A stretch of DNA of 64,000 nucleotides, taken from positions 24,067 through 88,066 of the forward strand of contig JAGWWT010000002.1 of the NCBI GenBank assembly GCA_018970245.1, in the 5' to 3' direction. Origin of the DNA: Patescibacteria group bacterium. GTDB lineage: Bacteria; Patescibacteriota; Minisyncoccia; Phycocordibacterales; PALSA-1337. Below, piece by piece: positions 40,170-49,431 of this stretch. Position 1 is the first letter of the stretch; every line of letters starts with the position of its first letter. The position numbers and the translations under genes were made by a program. The notes under the pieces are model-generated. The model saw only the letters and a program-made list of their open reading frames with translations. It was not told the origin of the DNA and did no database searches.

Positions 40170-40216
40170 GGTCACTGAACGGTCACAGTGTCCCCTCTCG
40201 ATATATGCCCTTTCTA

Positions 40217-40300
40217 CAGATGAGACGAATTCTCATTTGATCCCCAAAATACGGCTTATATTCGTCGAGTAAATGAGAAAAAGTCTCATCTGCGGTTTTT
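40217..40300 (+). terminator. nested inverted repeat (CAGATGAGAC...TCTCATTT...AAATGAGA...GTCTCATCTG) followed by a T-tract
   Basis: 10-bp outer and 8-bp inner complementary arms with about 30-nt internal loop, then GCGGTTTTTCGTGTTTTCG. Confidence 0.4.
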
Positions 40301-40418
40301 CGTGTTTTCGAATGTATCTACCGCCAGCACTAACAACCGAGCAGACCACCGGCACGAACGACGATTTCGCGGCTGAATGATATCAAGATCGGCTCACAAA
40401 ACCGGCTCGCAAGACCGC

Positions 40419-41486
40419 TCACAAAACCGGCTCGCCTTCCCTCTGCCTCTGCACGACCGCCATCTCCAGCGTGTACTTGTCATAGCCGTGGAAGAAGAGG
40501 GTCAGATTGACGCCGAATAGGATGATGTGCGGCCAGACCGCCTCTCCGAAGAATAGGATCGAAAGCGTCAGGAAGAAAGTGAAGAAGATGGCCGCGAACC
40601 GTATCTCGAACCCGAAGGCGAAGCACAGACCCAGAAGGGATTCGATGATGAACGCGCCCAAGACCAAGAATAGCGGCGTGAAGTGGAAATAGTTCGTCAG
40701 ATGATAGTCATTGACCGTCGCCAGCGCCAGATCGCTGTGCAGGAACTTGGCGTAGAACGAGGCGAAGAACAGAGCCAGACCGAAGAGGACGCGCAAGATC
40801 AAGAAGCTGTACTTTTCGAGCCGTTCAGCCACGGATGCGAACAAGCCCTCGATCTTGGCCAAAGCCGGAATGGCTTTGTCGAACGACCACATACCGCCTC
40901 CGAGTATGAGGAATAGAATGAGCTCGCCTAGATAATTGACGTAAGTGAGCATATACAGATGGTATTGGTATATGAGGACCGCGAACAGGCATATCCCAAG
41001 GAATGAGATGAGCCTGGTCAGGAATCCCAGACAGACCAATGCCCCGGCTACGAGCAGGATCAGGCCGAGAGCGTGCGCCGCGGCCGGCGGGAATGAGGCG
41101 TCCATCGGCAGTTCCGGCCCAAAGAAGGAGCTGAAATAGCCGGATGCCATGATAGACAGGCCTAAAGTCGCGCGGCCAATGAGCGGCGCGTACTTCTTCA
41201 GCTTCATAAGGAATGGGTCGCAAAGCCGCTCGAAGAACGGCGAGACTGATGCGGTCATCACGAGGAGCATGGCCACGGCCGTGATCGTTCCCCATATGAG
41301 GAACAGCTTCTCGTGGGCAGGCACTGCTGTGAATGGATCGGGCGATGACGCGGCCAAGCCCTGAGATATCTGCTGAGGCGTGAGGACATAGACCTCGTGA
41401 GCCGAAGCCGCCATGGGGGCCGCGAGAGCCCCGATATAGAGACCGATCGTTAGGAAGGCGGCTATCGTTGCGAGCCTTTTTGACAT
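40419..41486 (-). CDS. DoxX-like polytopic membrane protein
   Basis: 355 aa, 8 or more TM, DoxX-like hydrophobic repeats. Confidence 0.5.
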   Translation of the reverse strand: MSKRLATIAAFLTIGLYIGALAAPMAASAHEVYVLTPQQISQGLAASSPDPFTAVPAHEKLFLIWGTITAVAMLLVMTASVSPFFERLCDPFLMKLKKYAPLIGRATLGLSIMASGYFSSFFGPELPMDASFPPAAAHALGLILLVAGALVCLGFLTRLISFLGICLFAVLIYQYHLYMLTYVNYLGELILFLILGGGMWSFDKAIPALAKIEGLFASVAERLEKYSFLILRVLFGLALFFASFYAKFLHSDLALATVNDYHLTNYFHFTPLFLVLGAFIIESLLGLCFAFGFEIRFAAIFFTFFLTLSILFFGEAVWPHIILFGVNLTLFFHGYDKYTLEMAVVQRQREGEPVL

Positions 41487-41513
41487 GCATCCAGTATACC
41501 AGCTAATCCCCAG

Positions 41514-41966
41514 TTATTCGATCTGCCCAGGGTCATCCAGGATCATCTCGGCCGACCCTTCGTAAGAGCGGATGACGCCAGTGAGAGTGACAGGCCGGAC
41601 ATATGACTGCATATCGCCGAAAGCTGCGGCATTATCCTTGAAGATTACGGCCGAGAATGGGCACTTGCTCGTCTTGCAGAAATCTAGGAAGGTCACGCCG
41701 CTCTGAGACGTGAAGGCTTTGAGGACGACGCCGCTCACGGCAGCCTTTTCTCCGATATGATCGGGCGCTTCCGTGAAATCATATTCTGGAATGCCGCTCT
41801 CCCCCAGCCTGGACGGAGCGCCTGCTATCGCCGGCGGCCGGTCCACCGTATCCGCGCCCCTGCTTCCCCGTGCCGCGAGCGCGCCTATCCCGAGCGCTGA
41901 CAGGATGACAGCTCCTGCAGCGGCGCCTATCGCCAGACGCCTGTTATCTTTGATGAATCTTTTCAT
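41514..41966 (-). CDS. membrane-anchored hypothetical protein (possible OB-fold / BOF-like)
   Basis: 150 aa, N-terminal TM, beta-rich C-terminal domain. Confidence 0.35.
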   Translation of the reverse strand: MKRFIKDNRRLAIGAAAGAVILSALGIGALAARGSRGADTVDRPPAIAGAPSRLGESGIPEYDFTEAPDHIGEKAAVSGVVLKAFTSQSGVTFLDFCKTSKCPFSAVIFKDNAAAFGDMQSYVRPVTLTGVIRSYEGSAEMILDDPGQIE

Positions 41967-41972
41967 GGCTGG

Positions 41973-42515
41973 TCAGAGGTTATTCGTAAGCAGTCTCTTT
42001 ATTATCTCCAGGTACTGGTCGTGGACATTCCTGTCGGTGCCGATCTCGAGCACCTCATCGTTGGCTTCGGTGGCCTGATCCGTCCAGTTATAGCTCCCCG
42101 AAGCGTAGGCTTTGTCGGTCACCAGGGCCTTTATGTGCATGATGCCATCCTGGTGCTTTTGAGTCTCGACTGGGATGCCCGCGGCCCGGAGCTTCTGGAC
42201 GACGGCCTTGTTGCTATCGAGGCTGGCAGCCGCATCGGTGATGCCGCGTACATCTATGCCGCGCTCCTTCGCCCTGACGAGAGCGTCAGCGATATCGCCG
42301 CGAGTAAAATAGTAGATAGCGAAATATGCGTACTTGTCGGCCTCATTCAATAGCCTGATGATCTCTCTGTCGTTCTGCCTCAGATCGAGGGAGTAGACGA
42401 CCTTCGTATCGGAGACGCTGGCATGAGCGGCATATATGGCCGCGGATGCGAGGAGCAGGACGAAGATGGCATACGTCCAAACAGCCCGGCTGCGCCGGAT
42501 GATATGCGTGAGCAT
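41973..42515 (-). CDS. secreted PLD-family nuclease/phospholipase D-like protein (Nuc-like)
   Basis: HKD motif MHIKALVTD plus GSYNWT; signal/TM N-terminus; 180 aa single-HKD as in the Nuc endonuclease. Confidence 0.7.
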   Translation of the reverse strand: MLTHIIRRSRAVWTYAIFVLLLASAAIYAAHASVSDTKVVYSLDLRQNDREIIRLLNEADKYAYFAIYYFTRGDIADALVRAKERGIDVRGITDAAASLDSNKAVVQKLRAAGIPVETQKHQDGIMHIKALVTDKAYASGSYNWTDQATEANDEVLEIGTDRNVHDQYLEIIKRLLTNNL

Positions 42516-42783
42516 TTCGGATTATGTTAGCTCTTAATGCGCGCTGTCCCGCAACATCGCGCCTTTATAGATCACAGGAATATATGAATTCTACCTCTGC
42601 CCAGCCCGGCCGCAAGCTCACATGAGCAAAAAAGTATTTCGTAATGAGATCGGCCAGCCTTGGAAGCCGCCCTGTAATGATGCACCAGCATCGTCCGTCA
42701 AACCGTATTATTCGCCAGGCATGGTGCGGATCGCAGATGATGCTTATCCTGCGCCATGCTCATTATTTCCTAAATGACACAGC

Positions 42784-43671
42784 ATGAAAAATAAGATGAT
42801 CGCCGGCGTCGCAGGGGCAGCCCTCCTAGCCGGGATTTGCGTGCCCGTCTTCGCCCAAGTGGGCGTGAGCGGCCAGGCAGATATAGATGTCCAAGGTCCG
42901 GGAATGAGAGCCGGGTCGCAGGCAAGCGTAGACGTCCAGATGAGCCGTCCTGCGCCCGCAACACAAGGCCAGAATGGCTGGGCTAGGGGCGGGTTCGGCG
43001 GTTCGATCGGCGTACGGCCGGCCATAGTCGGCATCGTCACCGCCGTGAACGGCACGACTATCACAGTCGCTTCGCGCGGATTCGCCTATCGGGGCGGCCA
43101 GGGCGCAGCTGACCAAGCGACGACGACCTTCACTGTCGACGCTTCGGGCGCCGTAGTCATCAAGGACAATGCGACCAGCACGCTGTCGAGCGTGTCGGTC
43201 GGAGACCACGTATTCGTCATCGGCACGCTTTCGGGCACGAGTGTAACAGCCACGCTCATCCGCGACGGCATGATACCCAATCCTCGCCGTGGCGGTCCCG
43301 GCGGGAACGGCGCTTGGGCTTATGGCTCGAGCACAGCTCCATTCAAGGGCAACGGCCAGCCGATCGTGGCAGGCACAGTCCAATCGATCTCAGGCAGCAC
43401 GATCACGATCACGACGTCGAGCGATACTAGCTACACTATCGACGCTTCTTCGGCCGCAGTGGCCAAAGGCGGAGCTACGAGCACGATATCGTCGATCTCG
43501 ACCGGAGACTACATCGTCGTCCAAGGCGCAGTGAACGGCTCGAACGTCACGGCTTCCTCTGTCATCGACCAGAGCGCGAGCCTCGGCGGTCCGGGCATGA
43601 ATGGGAACGCGCCGCATCAAGGCTTCTTCCAGGCCATCGGCAATTTCTTCCGGCACCTGTTCGGCTTCTGA
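42784..43671 (+). CDS. secreted DUF5666-repeat protein
   Basis: signal peptide; three repeats of the V..V....ITV.....T.T.D.....K pattern. Confidence 0.55.
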   Translation: MKNKMIAGVAGAALLAGICVPVFAQVGVSGQADIDVQGPGMRAGSQASVDVQMSRPAPATQGQNGWARGGFGGSIGVRPAIVGIVTAVNGTTITVASRGFAYRGGQGAADQATTTFTVDASGAVVIKDNATSTLSSVSVGDHVFVIGTLSGTSVTATLIRDGMIPNPRRGGPGGNGAWAYGSSTAPFKGNGQPIVAGTVQSISGSTITITTSSDTSYTIDASSAAVAKGGATSTISSISTGDYIVVQGAVNGSNVTASSVIDQSASLGGPGMNGNAPHQGFFQAIGNFFRHLFGF

Positions 43672-43761
43672 CGGCCTGGGCAGCATCGCATCAGCGGATA
43701 TGCACAGGGATCCCCGCCATCGCGCGGGGATTTTCCGTACTTATGATAAAATCCAGGGACC

Positions 43762-44871
43762 ATGAGCAAGGAATCGCCGAGGTCAGGGATAATAGCCTCG
43801 ATCGTTTTTGCTTGCATCCTGCTCGCATTGACCGCATTCATCATGTACGAGTCGATCGTATACAAGCCGCTCACAGTCTCATACTCCCCCGCTCTCGTCA
43901 TAAAAGCGCCGCGAGTGCCGCCTCTGGATATCAGGGCATATAACAAGAAGATGATAGAGCTGGCCAACTTCGGGACGACTACGCTCGAGACTGGGATAGC
44001 GGCCACATCGAGCGCCTGGCTGTCCACGTCTTCCTCCATATCTTCGCCGTATCATCGGTGGCCGGCGCCTGCGCCATATCCTCTTCCGGGCGCCATCCTC
44101 CCGTTCAACCGCATCGTCGCCTATTATGGCAATTTCTATTCGGCTCAGATGGGCATCCTCGGAGAGCTGCCGGAGAACGAGCTCATCGACCGGCTGCTCA
44201 CGACCGCCGCAGATTGGCAGATCGCCGATCCGTCGACGCCGGTCATACCGGCCATAGACTATATAGCCGTAGTGGCCCAGGGATCTGCCGGGACGGATCG
44301 CGCCTACCGCCTGCGCATGCCAGACAGCCAGATCGAGAAGGCTATAGCCATGGCCGATCAGATCCACGGCCTGGTCTTCCTGGACGTGCAGGTCGGGCTG
44401 AGCAGCTTGCAGTCCGAGCTGCCGCTCCTGGAGAGCTATCTTGAGAAATCTAATGTCGAGCTGGCTATCGACCCGGAATTCTCCATGAAGTCGAGCACTC
44501 CTGGAAAAGTCATCGGCACGTTCAACGCCGATGACGTCAATTACGCCGCCTCATTCCTGGCCGACATCGTCCGCAAGCATGGCCTAGCCCCCAAGATCCT
44601 GCTCGTCCACCGCTTCACCCGTGATATGGTCACCGGATCCGCCGAGATCAGGCCTCTGCCGGAGGTCGAGATCGTCATGAATATGGACGGCTGGGGCGCT
44701 CAGGACAAGAAGATCGGCACATACGGATCCGTGATCACGCCGTACCCGATCCAATTCGCCGGCATAAAGCTCTTCTACAAGAATGACGCCAGACCCCCTT
44801 CGACGGGCCTCCTCACGCCGTCGGAAGTCTTGTCTCTCAAGCCGCAGCCTATCTTCATCGAGTACCAGTAG
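43762..44871 (+). CDS. hypothetical membrane-anchored protein
   Basis: 369 aa, one N-terminal TM, extracytoplasmic alpha/beta domain, no family recognised. Confidence 0.45.
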   Translation: MSKESPRSGIIASIVFACILLALTAFIMYESIVYKPLTVSYSPALVIKAPRVPPLDIRAYNKKMIELANFGTTTLETGIAATSSAWLSTSSSISSPYHRWPAPAPYPLPGAILPFNRIVAYYGNFYSAQMGILGELPENELIDRLLTTAADWQIADPSTPVIPAIDYIAVVAQGSAGTDRAYRLRMPDSQIEKAIAMADQIHGLVFLDVQVGLSSLQSELPLLESYLEKSNVELAIDPEFSMKSSTPGKVIGTFNADDVNYAASFLADIVRKHGLAPKILLVHRFTRDMVTGSAEIRPLPEVEIVMNMDGWGAQDKKIGTYGSVITPYPIQFAGIKLFYKNDARPPSTGLLTPSEVLSLKPQPIFIEYQ

Positions 44872-44964
44872 CGCGGGCTGGATGTAATTTTACTCGTGCG
44901 GAGCGTCTCATCTCGTGTGAGACGCGCTTCGAGTCTCGAACATTTATCAATAAAGAATAAACGC

Positions 44965-45357
44965 ATGAGCAAACATCTGGCTTTTGGGGCAATGGCTGCA
45001 GGTTTCATCGCCCTTGTGATAAGCATCGGAATAGCTGAACGAGCCTCTGCCGCAACACCGGTCGGTTCCTGTTCCTATCCTGCAGCAGCAATGGTCAGCC
45101 CGTCATGGGCCGCGACCACCACCTCTGTAGCCATCCTCGGAAATGGCTTCAACTGGAACGATTACGTCGAATTCCGGCGCGATGGGATCATCAGCGGCCT
45201 GGGCGGGAAGAGCTTGTCCTCGGTCACTCCGAACGTCATCCGCTTCAACATCAATGGCTTCTTCATGAAGCACATGAAGCCCGGCGCATATGACATAGGC
45301 GTCGCCCCGTACTACGGCGGACCAGTCACGGATTGGCAGCCATTCACTGTGCGGTGA
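44965..45357 (+). CDS. hypothetical secreted protein
   Basis: start at internal ATG (MSKHLAFG), signal peptide, about 130 aa. Confidence 0.4.
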   Translation: MSKHLAFGAMAAGFIALVISIGIAERASAATPVGSCSYPAAAMVSPSWAATTTSVAILGNGFNWNDYVEFRRDGIISGLGGKSLSSVTPNVIRFNINGFFMKHMKPGAYDIGVAPYYGGPVTDWQPFTVR

Positions 45358-45456
45358 TCATAGGAAGGATACGTCCGTTCAAAAACAGCTTGCGGGCTGT
45401 TTTTCGGATCATCACTATGATCGTCAGATCACAGGCATATCGAAGACCCGTTCTCA

Positions 45457-45861
45457 TCAAAGACCCGTTCTCATGTCGTCGAACAGCTTTTGCTGATCTT
45501 GCATCATCTGATCCATCTGCCGATTAAGATAAGCCTGCTCCTGTGCGGCTTGCGCCTGCATCTTATCGAAATCCGCCCGGCTGATAGCCGTCGTCGTCGC
45601 ATAGGTCTTTCCATTCTCGCTCACAATACGGCTCTCCACGCCGTAAGGAGCATCCATAGTCAGCGCTGTAGTCGTGGCGCCGCCGTCTTTTATTATGACC
45701 TCGGTCGATCCAGTCGATGATGCTGACGGCATCGATCGGCTCTCGATGCTGACATCGCTTGAGATCCCGGTCGGTATAGAGAAGCTGGACGGCTGCTGGA
45801 TCCTGCTAGGCATGCTGCAGAATACGAACGGCAGAAGGCTGCAAAGTAATGTGTTGAACAT
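45457..45861 (-). CDS. hypothetical secreted protein
   Basis: 134 aa, signal peptide, Gln/Met-rich C-terminus. Confidence 0.4.
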   Translation of the reverse strand: MFNTLLCSLLPFVFCSMPSRIQQPSSFSIPTGISSDVSIESRSMPSASSTGSTEVIIKDGGATTTALTMDAPYGVESRIVSENGKTYATTTAISRADFDKMQAQAAQEQAYLNRQMDQMMQDQQKLFDDMRTGL

Positions 45862-45966
45862 GGCTTTGTTTTATTCTGTTCTTATGGCTTGATAATGGCC
45901 TGATCATATGAATCTACGATCGAAACGGACAAGTGGTTCAAATCAAACGGTTCAAAAACAGAGGCA

Positions 45967-48111
45967 TCAGCTGAGCTTCGCTCTCCGCAGGAGGAGCGCA
46001 TTCAGCACCACTATGACCGAAGAGGCGCTCATGAGCAGTGCCGCCCATTCTGGACGGAGCAGGATACCGAACGACGGATAGAGGATGCCGGCAGCTATCG
46101 GGATGGCGAACACGTTGTATCCGGCAGCCCAAGCGAGATTCTGAACCGTCTTTCGGTTGGTCTTCTTGGACAAAGAGATGGCCTTGACGACGTCGAGCGG
46201 GTCGCTCCTCATGAGGACGATCTCCGCCGACTGGACCGCCACGTCGGTCCCGGCGCCTATGGCAATGCCCACGTGCGACTGGGCCAGAGCGGCCGCATCG
46301 TTCACGCCGTCGCCCACCATGGCGACCACATGGCCTTCGTCTTGAAGCTGCTTGACCTTGTCCACTTTGTCCTCCGGCAGGACGCGCGCGAACACAGTAT
46401 CGATCCCCAAGCCTTCGCCCACTTCATCGGCCACATCCTCCGTATCGCCAGTGAGCATGGCCGTCCGGATGCCCATGCCGTGGAGCTTCTCTATAGCCGC
46501 CTTCGATTCTTCTCGCACGACGTCTTCCAGGAATATAACGCCGGCGAATGCACCGTCTATCGCGACATATGCAGGAGTGCCGGTCTCGTCGCTCTCTGAA
46601 GCGGATACCGCGATCTCCTGCTCATCTAATAGGCGCTTATTGCCGACCAGGACTCTCTTGCCATCGACCGTCGCCGAAGCGCCCTTGCCAGAGAATGACC
46701 TGAAATCCTTGGCTTCGGGGACAGACAATCCCCTCTTCTTGGCTTCGTCGACTATGCCCGCTGCTATCGAATGCTGGGAATGCACTTCGACTGCCGCAGC
46801 CAGCATCAGCAATTCATCCTGACTTTCGACTTTATGGACTTTGTGACTTTCGACTTCATTATCCCGGCTTTCGATTATTTTTTTGACTCCGAATTCCCCT
46901 TTCGTGAGCGTCCCTGTCTTGTCGAAGACTACATAATCCAGCTTGCGAGCGGCTTCCAGACCCTTCATGTCTTTGATGAGGATGCCATTCCTCGCGCCTA
47001 AAGCCGAGGTTATCGATGTGACGGTCGGGATGGCAAGGCCAAGAGCATGAGGACATGCGACGACGATAGCGGCCACCGCCACGGTCGCGGCGAATATCGC
47101 TCCATGCGGCGAGGCGAAGCACCAGAATATGAAAGAGCCGATGCCCGCGGCTACAGCTACATAGAAAAGGACCGCTGCCAATCTGTCTGCGACCAGTTGG
47201 ACTCGGGGCTTGGAAGCCTGGGCACCGCGCACGAGGTCCATGATCTGCGAAATGGCCGTGTCCGAGCCGACCTTCGATACTTCGACGGTGAGCGAGCCAT
47301 CCTCGTTGAGCGTGCCGCCTATGACGGCGTCTCCGGGCTTCTTCGCGACGGGCTTGGACTCTCCTGTGATCATGGCCTCGTTCACCGAGCTCTCCCCCGC
47401 CATGGCCTTCCCGTCGATCGGGATCTTCTCGCCAGGCTTCACCAATATACGGTCGCCTATCTTGAGCTCGCCCGTTCCGACATCGACGGCGTCCCCGTCC
47501 CTCAACAGATGCGCCGACGGCGGGATCAATCTCGCCAATTCGGTGAGAGCTCCAGTCGCTCCTCGCACCGCCCTCATCTCCAGCCAGTGGCCGAGAAGGA
47601 AAACAGAGATCAGGGTGGACATCTCCCAATAGAGCGATTCGCCTGGGAAGAGGAACGTCGTCGCCACAGAGAAGGCATAAGCCACGGCTATGCCGAATGC
47701 CACCAAGGTCATCATGGCTGGAAGCTTCCTGGAGAGCTCGCCTCTGGCGCTCTTGAAGAAAGGCCAGCCTCCATACAAGAAGACGACTGTGCCGAGCGCG
47801 AAGGTGACGATCTCTTTGCCAGCGAACGGCACGCCAAACCCTAGCCACTTCTCGATATTCGGCGACAATGCCATGACGAGGAGCACGAAAGGCAGCGTCA
47901 GCCAGAATCTCTGTTTGAAATCCTGCTCTGCGCCTTTGCCATGCCCGGCATGGCCTTCTTGGCTTTCCTGTCCGCCATGCATCCCGCCTCCCATATCCAT
48001 CAGCACGAGATCCATGCCGCATTTCCGGCATTCGCCTGGAGCATCGGATATCACATCCGGGTCCATCGGACAAGAATACAATCGCTTATGGCCAAGATGC
48101 CCGCGCTCCAT
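45967..48111 (-). CDS. copB: copper-translocating P1B-type ATPase (CopB-like, CPH motif)
   Basis: N-terminal YSCPMDPDV...PGECRKCGMDL metal-binding motif, His-rich stretch, TM6 ACPHALGLA, DKTGTLT, GDGVNDAAAL. Confidence 0.85.
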   Translation of the reverse strand: MERGHLGHKRLYSCPMDPDVISDAPGECRKCGMDLVLMDMGGGMHGGQESQEGHAGHGKGAEQDFKQRFWLTLPFVLLVMALSPNIEKWLGFGVPFAGKEIVTFALGTVVFLYGGWPFFKSARGELSRKLPAMMTLVAFGIAVAYAFSVATTFLFPGESLYWEMSTLISVFLLGHWLEMRAVRGATGALTELARLIPPSAHLLRDGDAVDVGTGELKIGDRILVKPGEKIPIDGKAMAGESSVNEAMITGESKPVAKKPGDAVIGGTLNEDGSLTVEVSKVGSDTAISQIMDLVRGAQASKPRVQLVADRLAAVLFYVAVAAGIGSFIFWCFASPHGAIFAATVAVAAIVVACPHALGLAIPTVTSITSALGARNGILIKDMKGLEAARKLDYVVFDKTGTLTKGEFGVKKIIESRDNEVESHKVHKVESQDELLMLAAAVEVHSQHSIAAGIVDEAKKRGLSVPEAKDFRSFSGKGASATVDGKRVLVGNKRLLDEQEIAVSASESDETGTPAYVAIDGAFAGVIFLEDVVREESKAAIEKLHGMGIRTAMLTGDTEDVADEVGEGLGIDTVFARVLPEDKVDKVKQLQDEGHVVAMVGDGVNDAAALAQSHVGIAIGAGTDVAVQSAEIVLMRSDPLDVVKAISLSKKTNRKTVQNLAWAAGYNVFAIPIAAGILYPSFGILLRPEWAALLMSASSVIVVLNALLLRRAKLS

Positions 48112-48124
48112 ATGATTATTGCGA

Positions 48125-48817
48125 TCATTTCTTCGCGCGCTTCAGAGCCCATCCGACGATGACGACAGCTCCCACCAAAGCCAGCGCCCACAGGACCGCC
48201 ATGAATATCGTGCCGCCCCAGCCCCAGCCGTATCCGAATCCTGGCATACCGAACGACGATCCCCAACCCATCATGCCATAGCCTCTGCCGAAGCCATTCC
48301 AGCCCATCATGCCGTATCCGCCATCGCTTCCAAATCCGCCCATCATCGGCCCGAAGCCCATCATCCCGGCCGGGAATGAGACATTCTCGTCGCAGCCGGA
48401 GAAGCGCTCCCCCATGGCGATGTGCATCTGGTCGTCGTAAGACTGCCCGTAGCGGCTGACGATATAGGCGTCCATGGCGTCGTGGCCTGATCCCATCATC
48501 AAGCTCATATAATATTCTCCGAGCGAGCTGTAGTCGCTCTGTGAAAGGCTGCTGCATGAGACGGACTTGGCTTGGAGCTTCTCGGCGAGAGCCTGGCCTG
48601 CGAGCTCTTCTGCATCCATAGCCGTGCTGGTCCCGGAAGAGGCGGCGGTCGATGTGGCTGAACCATAGTATCCGCCCATCATGCCTTGGCCGTAGCCATA
48701 TCCAGAGTCTCCGTCATAGAACCCGCCCATCATCTGAGCGTGAACCGCCTGCGTGGAAAGGAGCCCGACCATGGCCGCGAACGAAATCGATAATGCGTAC
48801 GCTGTGATCTTCTTCAT
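48125..48817 (-). CDS. secreted Gly/Met-rich protein with C-terminal TM anchor (putative Cu-binding)
   Basis: signal peptide; repeated MMGG/YGMMGW motifs; 4 nt before the copB start. Confidence 0.5.
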   Translation of the reverse strand: MKKITAYALSISFAAMVGLLSTQAVHAQMMGGFYDGDSGYGYGQGMMGGYYGSATSTAASSGTSTAMDAEELAGQALAEKLQAKSVSCSSLSQSDYSSLGEYYMSLMMGSGHDAMDAYIVSRYGQSYDDQMHIAMGERFSGCDENVSFPAGMMGFGPMMGGFGSDGGYGMMGWNGFGRGYGMMGWGSSFGMPGFGYGWGWGGTIFMAVLWALALVGAVVIVGWALKRAKK

Positions 48818-48866
48818 GTGATCTTTGCGATAAAAATGGATTATTAAAAGCGATCTATATTCGGCG

Positions 48867-49133
48867 CTATTTCTGCGCCAATCTATAGACCTTCAGGATC
48901 TCTTCGGTCGCTCTCTTCTCGTGCCCGTGCCTGATGTCATGGGCGACATGGGTCTCTAGATGGTTCCTCAGGATCAGGCTGCCGACGCCGGCCAAGGCCT
49001 CGCGGACCGCTTCGATCTGCGTGATTATATCGACGCAGTATTTTTCCTGATCGACCATCTCTTCTATGCCCCTTATCTGGCCGCCTGCTATAGACAGGCG
49101 CCTCTTCGCGCTCTTTTTTATATCCTTCTTCAT
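48867..49133 (-). CDS. csoR: CsoR/RcnR-family metal-sensing repressor
   Basis: RLSIAGGQIRGIEEMVDQEKYCVDIITQ...H..H pattern of CsoR (DUF156); start at internal ATG. Confidence 0.8.
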   Translation of the reverse strand: MKKDIKKSAKRRLSIAGGQIRGIEEMVDQEKYCVDIITQIEAVREALAGVGSLILRNHLETHVAHDIRHGHEKRATEEILKVYRLAQK

Positions 49134-49431
49134 GTCCTGTATGATACCCCCAGGGGTATCGGCGTCAAGCAGGCCTGTGGATAGGTGCAGGCCGTCGGCG
49201 CACGAACCGAAAAGGCTCGGCTGACCGGGCCTTCCGGTACCTCTGTTCCCGGCCCGCGTAACCTGACGCACCGGGAGCTAGGCTCAATAAATGGCGACAG
49301 ATGGACCTCAAATGTAGGTCGACCTGCCGTATGACACCGCTAACAATCCTTTCAAAAACCGCACCTTGCATTACTGCTTGGCCGTCCCCAGGATTGCGTC
49401 CCCTGGGACCGCGATGCCATATCTAACCTAC

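Noticed and set aside
40389-40437. 19-nt direct repeat GCTCACAAAACCGGCTCGC x2 spanning the DoxX-like gene stop
   Set aside because: Looks like a small 3'-end duplication. No structure or motif that suggests function.
42826-43383. 185-aa ORF antisense to the DUF5666 gene
   Set aside because: Shadow ORF. The sense strand encodes a signal peptide and repeated domains.
46859-48073. 404-aa and 265-aa ORFs overlapping copB on both strands
   Set aside because: Extreme Arg/Gly content. copB on the minus strand shows all P-type ATPase motifs.
49134-49431. Tested by eye for SRP RNA, tmRNA, RNase P RNA or a tRNA in the long intergenic region
   Set aside because: No GGAA/GNRA helix-8 motif in an SRP-like context, no tRNA-like acceptor/T-arm, no RNase P conserved blocks. 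Kept only as a low-interest structured intergenic region.
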